A stretch of 63,548 nt of DNA, counting the filler, from Lenisia limosa (Eukaryota; Protista; Breviatea), in assembly GCA_001655205.1 (NCBI GenBank). It is 6 parts of 6 records of this genome, joined end to end, with 100 filler letters (N's around TTAATTAATTAA, not from the genome) between each part and the next. Parts side by side here need not be neighbours in the genome. Positions count along the whole stretch, not along the records: positions 1 to 31,812 come from LPNZ01010009.1; positions 31,913 to 37,425 come from LPNZ01006340.1; 4 more parts are not named here. One strand, written 5' to 3'. The notes beneath the pieces are model-generated. The model was not told the origin of the DNA. It saw only the letters and a program-made list of their open reading frames with translations, and did no database searches. Below are positions 27,601 through 37,525 of this stretch, piece by piece. Each line of letters starts with the position of its first letter. Within the stretch, counting starts at the first letter, position 1. A program made the position numbers and the translations under genes.

Positions 27601-30600
27601 TCTGGTCATAATACAAGAAGCTTGCTTTTTGGGGACTAAAGCCTACTCTATCTACCAACCAAGCCCTTATATCAAATAACACGTTCAGACGTCGGCAACA
27701 AAGGCGACTGCCACCACCTTGGCTGACCGCTTGCTGTCCTCCATTCAGAGCAGCTTCATGGAGAAGGTTCTCCCGGCTCCTGACCTTGGTGAATGCACTC
27801 TTGTAAGCGTCGAATAGCATGTTTCGCCCAATCATTTGACATGCTAAAAATCATTCATTGACAGATGTGTGACCCATCGATATTCTGTACTATTGCCCAT
27901 TCTCCAACAAAACAGGGACAATTAACACGACGAGCAGGTTGAAGTACGGGTGGCAGCAAGGACGGCCACAGAGGCCTGGGCGGCCGGAGGGGCTATCAAG
28001 AAGGCCCTGCACGATGGACTTTCGGAGCTCGTAAAGTTTGGTCTTATCAAGCACAGGTTGGGGCATTTGGTGTAGATTCATATCTGGATCGAGACAAATA
28101 TGGCTTTTGATGAAATCTGATAGATTCTTCATCACCTGAACGCATTCGTATCATGTCGTGTTGGAACATTTTAACGACTCAGTGGCTATGCCTTCGCGGT
28201 ATCGAGTGATGGCTTCGGCGTTTCTGCTGTGTTCAAGTCATGTCTCGATGCTACTGCCTTCGTATGTTCCCTTGGAATCTTACACTGGGCTTTTCTTTCA
28301 ACAATAAAAAGGGTTATTGTTATCTTCTTCATAGAAAGTCACTCTAAAAACCAAATCTCTTACCCCCAGACCACGGAACTGCAGATTGCTGCCTTGCGCG
28401 CCACGTGGGCGTCTGCCGTCCTCAACTTGCCGTCCTGCTCCATGGTCCTCAAAGACCAGTTCTCTGCGTCAGAGTCTGAAAGGTTATTGGCGTGCCCTTT
28501 TCCTTTTGACATCGTTTCGTCTTTTGTCCTATCCTGATCCTGTCAGTTTGCTATGGCGGGGCCCGCGTCTCCAGGTAGCCCTGCACACCGACGTGGTGTC
28601 GTTTATTGTTCGCGAGGACGGCCGACGTGTCTACAACGGACCTGCAGTGGACTTGGTGGACCGTTTGTGCGGCGCCGCCGACGGTGGACAGGTCAGCCTT
28701 TTATTATACTATGATCAATATCCTTAGAAAGGGATTATGGCTGTGGATCATTAGAGCCTGTTTTATTTATGATTTCTCTGGGAACCTTTCCATCTCTCAG
28801 TCTTCACCGTCCCAGATTATTGCTACCCAAGGTGTATCCAATGCGCTGATGCTCGAGGAAATGGGAGCTGACCCCGAGGATGTGAGCCACCTCATCTTTC
28901 TTCCTAGCTTATGGGGCTTTGTACAACACTGTGTTTCATTTTTGCTGCTTCTTCCTTCCCAGTTCACGTTTTCGAATATCGGCACTCATATGTTCAGATC
29001 CCAGTCCTGGTTCCTATGGGCTTCCTCGCACTGACACTGCAAGAAAACGACTCCTCCTTAAATGGTGAGATTAAGCTGGATCTTATCCTTATCCATGCTA
29101 TAATTCACTTCATTCCTCACCATTGCAACGAAATCCCTGTTTTTACTGCTTCAGGGGCCGAGTTCAGTGAGGACAGTGAGGGTCTCATGGAAGTCTTCCA
29201 GGTTGGTGCTTTCCTGGAACTGTAATATGCAATTTCTGGCCAATAACATATTCCCGTTATTTTTTATGCAATATCAGCTTTCACTTCAAGCTGATGGTTA
29301 CTAACGAGACAGTTGAACCCCAAAGGACTGGAAAACAGAAAGATGGCACCCTTCATTTTGGCTGTTAACCAGTCGGAGCTGGCCCCTGTAGTAGGCTTGT
29401 TTTAATTGTTTATACGAATTGAGTTAATCTTACGCAGTACCTTACTATTTAGCCGAACATGGAGCAAAGTTTAATGGAACTTCCTGGAGTTGTTAAAGGT
29501 AAGCTTTATACACATGAGCATCTGTTGTCGCCAGACTTGACAAACACCAGGCACCCCGAAGTTGAGCCCCTATGCTCACACGAACACCAATAGGATCCAA
29601 CTCAACGTCAGAGACCAGCCGGTGGGTACAAACAATACCTCGGAGAGGACTTCACACACAAAACATACTTGCGTTTTTGCCTCACCTTTCCTACCCTTGA
29701 GCCTATTCCTATATTATACAACTCCACAATGAATATCATTTCGATGATTTGAGTACCGAAATGAACTGTCTCACCCCCCCCCCCCCNNNNNNNNNNNNNN
29801 NNNNNNNNNNNNNNNNNNNNNNNNNNNNNNNNNNNNNNNNNNNNNNNNNNNNNNNNNNNNNNNNNNNNNNNNGAAATCCGGAGGGGAGCAGTGGTCGTTG
29901 TCACGTTCCTGTTCCTCTTTATGGTGTACATGGTAGGCACTTCCTGGCCATAGCCTCTTATAACCTGTTTTCATAGGTCGTCTCCCCCAAACACTCTCTT
30001 TCGTCCATTTCTCTGGAGTTCTCGGAAGACACCGGACTTTTCCTAGGTTGGTACAATGCCAATGTCAGTGCTGCTCCCACCCTTTACTGGAGTTTTTGTT
30101 ATCCAAGCCCAAGTGGTTGATATTCGGGGGCTTACTGTTTCACCTGGATTGACCTGCTCCCATAGGACGACTTGCTGTTTTTGCTGTTACGATGGCTGCA
30201 GTGGCTCTCTCAGAAGCGGCTAAGGGTAAACACAAGGTCGTTCTCCTCTCTCTATGTAGGCACTCGGATAGGATGACCTCCTTTTGCTGTTACTATTATG
30301 TCATTGTTCTTTCGGTTTATTCTGTTCTGACTATCAGCGTACACCATTATGCTGTCAATTGCATCGGTGCTCTGCCTTTGGCTTGAGGAGTGGGGTCCAA
30401 AAGCAACTACCGAAGCGATAGTCATTTCGTCAGTCCTCCTTCTCAACTGTGGGCATTGTAAAGAGGAATTTTGGTATTTCACCTATCATTTCCAGGCTTC
30501 TTTATATCCTGGGGTCTTAGTCGAGGTATTGTCTTTTTGAAATTAACATCATATATGGAGGTGTATTATCGTAAATGGGGGTCTTACCGAAAACGGCTTA

Positions 30601-31812
30601 TCGACGAGTTTTGAGGAAACTAGCAATCCATCATCACGATAATTCTTTTCCTAGGCGGTCACTGGCACGCTACCCTCGGCACTCTGGGCGGACTCTCCAT
30701 TTCCCTCGCTCATCTTCTCCACTTGATCTCCAACCTCACGTCGGAAGCCGACTTCCTGCAAGCGCTTCTTCTGACGTTTGCGGTGACAGGCCTTGGCTAC
30801 TTCTCAATCCAACTCAAGTCGTCAAGTTTGGCCAGTATTGCCCGCCTACATGTTGACGTGGAGGAGGAGAAGGAGAAGGTCTGCGGCTTCAACAGGTTCT
30901 TGATACACACTTCAACAATACCTCTTTTACGGAGCTGGAACCTTTATACTCTATTTGTGTATTATATTCTGCTTTCCACAGCGCTGTAATCAAGCAGGTG
31001 GGGCTTGTACAGCTGTCCCTTGTGCCTCGACAGCTGATTTCAGCCAATATCAGGGTAGGTGCAGGTTGAGGGTTTATTAACAAATTTACACAATAGAACA
31101 CTAAATCTTCTCTAGTATGAAGTAGCATTACATTCTTACGGGGACAGGGAGAAAGCAGCAACATGACGGGAGAGTTCTACCCGAATGCTAGTGTGGTTTG
31201 TGTCAAGATTGTGAAGCTCACGGCCCTACTCAACTCGCTCAGTACTGACGTTTTCTGTGACGCTATTCTCCAAGTGGGGCTTTAACATTTGTCATGGTCT
31301 TTGGCCAGATACAACATATCTTTATTCTCCTTTTCAACATAATGCCAATTACATTGTCCAAAATGCTGGTTCTGCTTATGTTATAGGTTCTTGACGGCAT
31401 TGATACGACCAATTCAATGTTCCCTCTCATCGCTCCAATTCGCACCCTTGGTATGCGTTGTCACACGTCGCTCTTATTTCACCACCAGGCCCCACATTTG
31501 CCTTTGTGTCAGGCGGGCCTCTGCAGAACTCCAATCATGCACACGTGGCTGTCAAGTTCTCTCAGGTGCGGCTTTGTTTTGACTGTTTTGGAGGGGGTAA
31601 CCGAATTCTCTTTGGTTTTTAGGATTCAAATATGAAGGACATACTAACTTTTTAGGAGCTTCTCCGTATGGTGTCCAACATTGCCTCGGCACAAAGCCGC
31701 AATATACAGCTTCAAATCGGCCTCCACAGGTACTATTGATGCTGGTCAAACGATTATCCCTTATATTTCCATTACTCTTTTCTGAGCCTAAGAGAGTGTA
31801 ACCCCCCCCCCC
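18617..31812 (+). CDS. Giant receptor-type class III nucleotide cyclase-like protein: signal peptide, PA14-like, Ig/filamin-like and Cys-rich (GCC2/GCC3, ephrin-receptor-like) repeats, multi-TM block, cyclase 1, second TM block, cyclase 2; 3' end truncated by scaffold end
   Basis: Signal peptide MFKSLFVLLGLLWSCSAFPS. PA14-like YFDAPSTGSYVWQL...YMVQMEFMH. Cys repeats CLPCPANQF, CQYCPLGQEP...CQDCLAGSYS, CIDCPTGGSCPG, CVPCEQCPSGTDCP, CNTGYGGIACANCVEDYF. TM block IFFNFAQVITLF...WP, FGALYYRYKPNLFMWELVVMVRK. Cyclase 1 WRGPRLQVALHT...YNGPAVDLVDRLCGAADGGQV. Cyclase 2 EFYPNASVVCVKIVKLT, TFAFVSGGP, LQIGLHTG. It could be two adjacent genes. Confidence 0.78.
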
Positions 31813-31856
31813 NNNNNNNNNNNNNNNNNNNNNNNNNNNNNNNNNNNNNNNNNNNN

Positions 31857-31868
31857 TTAATTAATTAA
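31857..31868. other. Artificial scaffold-joining spacer TTAATTAATTAA (stop codons in all six frames) inside 44 N + 44 N
   Basis: Same 100-nt construct at five places; genes are truncated on both sides. Confidence 0.97.
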
Positions 31869-31912
31869 NNNNNNNNNNNNNNNNNNNNNNNNNNNNNNNN
31901 NNNNNNNNNNNN

Positions 31913-31936
31913 CAGCACCGCATCCCATCACTCCAG
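31913..31936 (-). repeat. Family A 5' module at the scaffold edge (bystin intron)
   Basis: Plus strand CAGCACCGCATCCCATCACTCCAG. Confidence 0.75.
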
Positions 31937-34900
31937 TGTACGTGGGTAATTATTATTATGAAACACAAACTTTGGGAGAAAATATGTATGAAGACGAAAC
32001 AACTCTCCCCCAAATAGTTGGTGTAATACTTAGGACCAGTGGGCTCAAAATAAAATGAAAGCCCGGGCCGGGGGGGTGGGGATGGGGTCAAGGACATCTC
32101 AAACGCTATTCCAATAGACCTTTATAGTGATGAATAATTGCCAATTCCCCGGAGCAAACCTCTGAACGAACACCAACAAGCTTTGGTGCCACAAGACTGG
32201 AAGGTCTCTTTGGTCATTGACAAACTGGATAAAGTGCGCACAGACAGCGTTAATAACCTGAACGGTCAGGGGTGTTGATGGTCTGAAGCCCGGGTTAAAG
32301 GGGGGTGAAACTGGAAAATTTATGAAACAAAAAGGCCCAAATCAGCAAGGGGTTTAAAACAGAAAGCCCAAATCAACTATGTTGGCAATGGGTTTAAAAC
32401 AACAAAAAAAGCCCAAAGTGAGAGTAACTAAAACGGTTAAAAATAAAAGAGGGAGGGATTCCACATACCTTGAAAGGAAGGCTGTACTTTTTGTTCAGAA
32501 GGGTCTGGACAATCAGTAATGTAAAGAGCGATGGTCAGGTAATAATATTCACAATATTGTCTGGCGTTTGTTGTTTTGAGACACATGTATTATTGGTAGT
32601 TGAACCTTCCTCATATAGATTGTTTACAGTTTATTTTATGTAATGTTCTCAACAACTGGACACCCACTTTGAAGAAAATGGAGGTAGCTCCGGAATATTC
32701 CATCATCGACAGCTTCAGGAGACACACAGCTGGGAGGTTTGAGTATTATAATGCTGGGAGAATATTAATAGTTATTTAGACTACAGCTGGGGGGGGGGGG
32801 GNNNNNNNNNNNNNNNNNNNNNNNNNNNNNNNNNNNNNNNNNNNNNNNNNNNNNNNNNNNNNNNNNNNNNNNNNNNNNNNNNNNNNNNNNNNNNNNNNNN
32901 NNNNNNNNNNNNNNNNNNNNNNNNNATATATAATATGATCTACAATATACCCCCTGTCATTGCTTGTTTTTTTTTTGTTGTTTGTTTGGAGTTTCAGATT
33001 ATTCGGTTCGTGATTAGTACCTTCACGCCAATATTCGTCATCTAAATTTCCTTCGTTTTACCCCCCCCCCCACCTGAATGCGCGGCCGGGATAGAAGCCT
33101 GGCCCACGGCGGCGGCAATGACGGTGGCTTCCTNNNNNNNNNNNNNNNNNNNNNNNNNNNNNNNNNNNNNNNNNNNNNNNNNNNNNNNNNNNNNNNNNNN
33201 NNNNNNNNNNNNNNNNNNNNNNNNNNNNNNNNNNNNNNNNNNNNNGGCTAGGGTCAAACAACAAAACAAGCCAGTCACTTCTGCAGTACGCACGCACTCA
33301 CCTCGCAGAGGGGAAGAATAATGCCTTTGAAGAACGCCTGAGGCTTGTACGTGGCCTTGTGTAGCGCGCGGAAGAGATGGTAGTTCAACTGTGGGGTGAG
33401 ATGGTAGTTCAACTGAGGGGTGAGATGGTAGTTCAACTGAGGGGTGAGATGGTAGTTCAACTGGGGGGTGAGATGGTAGTTCAACTGTGGGGTGAGATGG
33501 TAGTTCAACTGTGGGGTGAGATGGTAGTTCAACTGTGAGGTGAGATGGTGGTTCAACTGTGGGGTGAAGAAAGAGATGGTACCCCACCTTCTTGTTCTCC
33601 TGAATGTCGTCACGGATTCTGGGCAGGAGGACGAGGTTGTAGAAGCGCTGTGCCATGTGGGGGTTCAGATTGGAGGCAAAGAGACGGGTGGCCTCGTACA
33701 TGGCGTTAGCTGACCTGGGGGGGGGGGGGGNNNNNNNNNNNNNNNNNNNNNNNNNNNNNNNNNNNNNNNNNNNNNNNNNNNNNNNNNNNNNNNNNNNNNN
33801 NNNNNNNNNNNNNNNNNNNNNNNNNNNNNACTCTGTTGGCTGATAACACACAAGTAGAATCAAACGTGAAAAGTTACCATTGTTCTCACCATTCAAAGGG
33901 GGCGGTGAGGTAGAGAATTTCTTCCCAGTTTGACATTGCGGGAACCACCTAGAAACGTGACAACACTCCGTTCATTGCAACCCAAAACGGCTGTTTATCT
34001 TATCATAACATGATAAGCCAATCAACAGCATCTTTATAGAAACCTTAACACTCCTCACCTTGAAAGCCTTAGGCAGACGTCCAGACTTCCAGCGCTTCAG
34101 CACCTTGCCAACGCTCCTGTACACCTCCACAACCTTGGGGGGAAGAGAGGGGGCTGCAATGGTGACAATTCTGTCTTCACTTGATTTATGGCATTTGTTT
34201 TTCAAAAAGTAATTATCTGGCCAAAGCAGTCAAAACACGTTCTTGATCAGTCATAGCATACTGGATTGACATGAGGCATATCATCGCGTGAATTATGAAA
34301 GTGTACGTGTGAATATCGCAAAGAGAGTGTAGAATCACAAGATGGGCCATATCAAGCATATCAATACGCGGGACCTATTGAGGCATAGGTGCCAACTTTT
34401 GGGCTTCTGAGGGTTTGCGGCCTTCTCTGCCGCCTCCTTCAACTTGTCCTCAATAATATCGGCTAAAGTCCTGGGGGAGGTAAAATGGAAAATATTATGC
34501 TCAAGCATTTGAGCAAGACCCGAGAGATAAACGACCTTACGACATTTCACGTATATAGGGCATAATAACTACTATAACAATCACAGGTACTAAATATACA
34601 TCATAGAATGTTTGTAAAATGAAATATGCAAATTACTAACACGTCAGTGCGGTGCTCTGAGGGTTACTAGCAGAGCATGCATGAATATGACAATACCATA
34701 CCTTGAGGGCGCGGGCACCTTGAGGAACGCGGCGTTCAGTGCCTCTTCAGTCTCAGAAGGCATGAATTTCTGGGGGGGGGGGGGGNNNNNNNNNNNNNNN
34801 NNNNNNNNNNNNNNNNNNNNNNNNNNNNNNNNNNNNNNNNNNNNNNNNNNNNNNNNNNNNNNNNNNNNNNNNNNNTAGATGTGTTGATATCAAGTGAAGA

Positions 34901-36548
34901 GTCTGGGTGCTCAAATAAAAGTATCATATCATATCCAATGCTTGGTTTTTCTATGTGTTCTTTTAAATCCCTAGGTTTAACGATTTTCTTGTTCTTCAAA
35001 AGCAGCTTAATACGATGAGATCCCACCATTGTGTCTTGGTAGCTCTGGTCGATTTCCTCCTCTGTCGGTCCGAAGTTTTCTGTGGTGTGAGCTATGTCAA
35101 AAGAGGACAATGGGAACAGCAAACGTCATTTCAGAGTGATTATTAGAGTATATTCCTCCAACTAGGAAATGCCAGCTAAACATATGGGGGTTCACCTCGT
35201 CCACAGTAAAAGTCACCCTCCAACCAAGCGCGTTCATGAGGGTATCGTCAGCCTCCTCCTCGGCAGTGATGTTCTTCTGTCGCCTTCTCTCCTTCAGAGC
35301 ATCGGGGATCGGGGCATAGGCTCCTTCTTTGTCTCTGAAGGGTCAGCATGTGTAAATGGGAAACAAGGGAGTGTCTAGCCAAGGCAAGATAATACTTGAT
35401 AAAAGAAAAGTTATAGGAAGGCCCAAACGATTAATTATAAAGCCGAGTCATTATTCTGTCCTGGCTTGTGATAACATTGAAAGTTGTCTCATCTATTCAT
35501 CTTTTATTTCTCAGACAAATGAGGCTCTCAAAATGAAGATAAACGAGCTTGAAAAGTGCATCATTTCAGACATCTAAGATCAGTGAAGAACACCCCACCC
35601 CTCACTCTTCTTCAATTTCAATCTGCTGCTCTCTGGCACGGAGTAAGATCTTCTTTCGGGTCAAATCATCGACATCCTCCTGTCGCAGGGTTAACACGGG
35701 GAGGGGGGGTAAAGATGATGTAAAAATTGAACCGTAAAAAAACCCCTCCAAAATCAACCCTGTTGGCAAAATATTGCGAAATACATAGGGTACAAAAGAA
35801 AAACATTCGAGGAAGATTTCTATAAGGTGCAGCTGAGCAACACAGGGAAAGAGTGATCTATGAGACTAAGATGTTTACTGCGGGTTTATCGATAAATTCA
35901 GACATTTTGATTATCGAAAAGAAGCCTTGGTTTTATTTATCTCAAATATGTTAGGCCAGGCTTTGAGAATTGGGAGGTTGCTTAGGGTTTGCCTGGCTGG
36001 GTATCACACATCAAAAGTCATAACAGGAGATACTATTTTGCATGTATGAGCCAATTCTCTGTGATAAGGCTGAATCATTATTCCCCTCTATCCATGAAGG
36101 TTTCTAAAGCATGGAAATAAACGTACTGAAATATGGCACCATTATTGTGGATAAAGGCCAGAATAACATCAAAGCTGATTACGATACATCAGAGTAGTCC
36201 GAAATATGCAGGTCTTTTTTATGGGTCACCCTCAAAGCATTTCGTTTGATAAACAACAGCATCCCAATTGGTCGGTCAATCATGAGAATGGTGAAGTGTC
36301 ACAGACCTCGTCTTTGTCAAGAGACTCCGCCTTGATCTTCTTAAGACGGAACTTCTCTTTTCCTTGCTGTAAAGATGAGGGAAAAGAAAGCAAAGGAGGC
36401 CAGTTATGACAACGAGGGGGTGGCTAACCTTTTCATTGGTTCCTTTCTTGACCTTGCCTTCAACAGTAAGGTTTCTATCGTTTAAGATCTGCTTATCAAG
36501 AGGTCCGTGCCTGCTACGGCCCTTTCTAGCAACATTAGCTTTCGGCAT
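31913..36548 (-). CDS. BYSL: Bystin / Enp1 (pre-40S assembly factor); 3' end truncated
   Basis: Exons [24 protein letters not shown]; [18 protein letters not shown]; [11 protein letters not shown]; [27 protein letters not shown]; [11 protein letters not shown]...[17 protein letters not shown]; [29 protein letters not shown]; [26 protein letters not shown]; [12 protein letters not shown]; [15 protein letters not shown]. Confidence 0.96.
32298..32395 (-). repeat. Family A 3' module (bystin intron)
   Basis: Plus strand GGGGGTGAAACTGGAAAATTTATGAAACAAAAAGGCCCAAATC...AAATCAACTATGTTGGC. Confidence 0.7.
32956..33052. repeat. Dispersed repeat family D (~100 bp); also at 39719-39777 and 46069-46169
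   Basis: Shared TTGCTTGTTTTT...GTTTGTTTGGAGTTTCAGATTATT(C/T)GGTTCGTGATTAGTACCTT(C/T)ACGCCAATAT...AAATTTCCTT. Confidence 0.88.
33376..33567 (-). repeat. 8 x 24-nt tandem repeat spanning a bystin 3' splice site
   Basis: Plus-strand unit GATGGTAGTTCAACTGTGGGGTGA, eight near-identical copies. On the sense strand each unit is CACCCCACAG|TTGAACTACCATCT. Confidence 0.97.
33715..33850 (-). repeat. Family A 3' module, partly masked (bystin intron, at the acceptor)
   Basis: Plus strand CT+G14, masked stretch, then ACTCTGTTGGCTGATAAC. Confidence 0.65.
35700..35770 (-). repeat. Family A 3' module, diverged (bystin intron, near the acceptor)
   Basis: Plus strand GGGGGGGTAAAG...AAAATCAACCCTGTTGGC. Confidence 0.55.
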
Positions 36549-36730
36549 TTTGCCTTATATGTCTAAAACTCTTGTGAATATGAAATAAAAATAGATATAA
36601 TAATAGTATTCACTCTAAAAAGGGCATTTTTCGGATTTCTTTCTCACTTATAAGTTGGTATTACAGTGCAACTATTGCAAGTCTTTTGTAAGATTTTTTT
36701 CTTCTAAAAGAACCTCTAGTATTGAATAAT

Positions 36731-37425
36731 ATGTCATTACTAACACCCTCTGAAATAGACCAATGCCACCAGACCTTTGCACAGTTCGACTCTGATAACT
36801 CGGGCTCTATTGGTAGGTAGTTGGTTCTTCTGAGAACTCTACTGCGCTGCTTTGCATTATAATATTATAATTACAAGTTATACTGAGCAAATTTTGTTTC
36901 TGATGTCTTGGTTACCTCTTTAGACCTATGGGAACTTAAGTCGATCCTTCAAGCAATGGGGCAAGCTCCCAGTGAGGAAGAGCTCTTCAAGATGATCAGC
37001 GAAGTAGTGAGTGGAATTTCGGTGTATTTATGGTATGGGAATGCTTGGTCGTTGAAAACACCACAGCTTGCTCTTAGGTCTTCGCCTTCCTCACAAGATA
37101 AACGTTTTGTTTTATTGATAGGAATTATATTGAATATTGGAAACACGAATCAAGAATGTGTTTCATTTATATAATAGTTGATTGAAGTGTGTATATTCTG
37201 TGAAAGTAATGTTTGTTAGCATGCGTCTTGAGAGAGTTGCATTACCATTACCACATATATTGCTTTTGTCACCTAGTCCTATCCTCTGATGAAATAACAG
37301 CTCTTTGTACCACATTCGATTCTGCTAAGCCGCATAGGATGATGATGGGTCCGGTTCAATCAACTTCAATGAGTTTCTAAAGGTTGTTGAGACCCAGAAA
37401 ATAACTTCCTTGAAGCGCAGTGACA
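36731..37425 (+). CDS. Calmodulin-like EF-hand protein, most similar to flagellar outer-arm dynein 18 kDa light chain (LC4); 3' truncated
   Basis: MSLLTPSEIDQCHQTFAQFDSDNSGSI / DLWELKSILQAMGQAPSEEELFKMISEV / DDDGSGSINFNEFLKVVETQK. Two EF-hand loops; the LGQxPSEEx[LM]FxMISxVD segment matches LC4 as recalled. Confidence 0.75.
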
Positions 37426-37469
37426 NNNNNNNNNNNNNNNNNNNNNNNNNNNNNNNNNNNNNNNNNNNN

Positions 37470-37481
37470 TTAATTAATTAA
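37470..37481. other. Artificial scaffold-joining spacer
   Basis: TTAATTAATTAA flanked by 44 N on each side. Confidence 0.97.
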
Positions 37482-37525
37482 NNNNNNNNNNNNNNNNNNN
37501 NNNNNNNNNNNNNNNNNNNNNNNNN

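Noticed and set aside
31857-31868. Palindromic TTAATTAATTAA recurring five times, as a possible biological site
   Set aside because: Always centred in exactly 44 N + 44 N, has stops in all six frames, and truncates genes on both sides. It is a concatenation linker.
33376-33567. CRISPR-like array
   Set aside because: Head-to-tail repeats with no unique spacers, inside a eukaryotic intron, and no cas genes.
33042-33896. 284-aa ORF with TVELPSHP repeats as a real protein
   Set aside because: It is read-through of bystin exons and introns. The conserved bystin frame continues as LNYHLFRAL after splicing.
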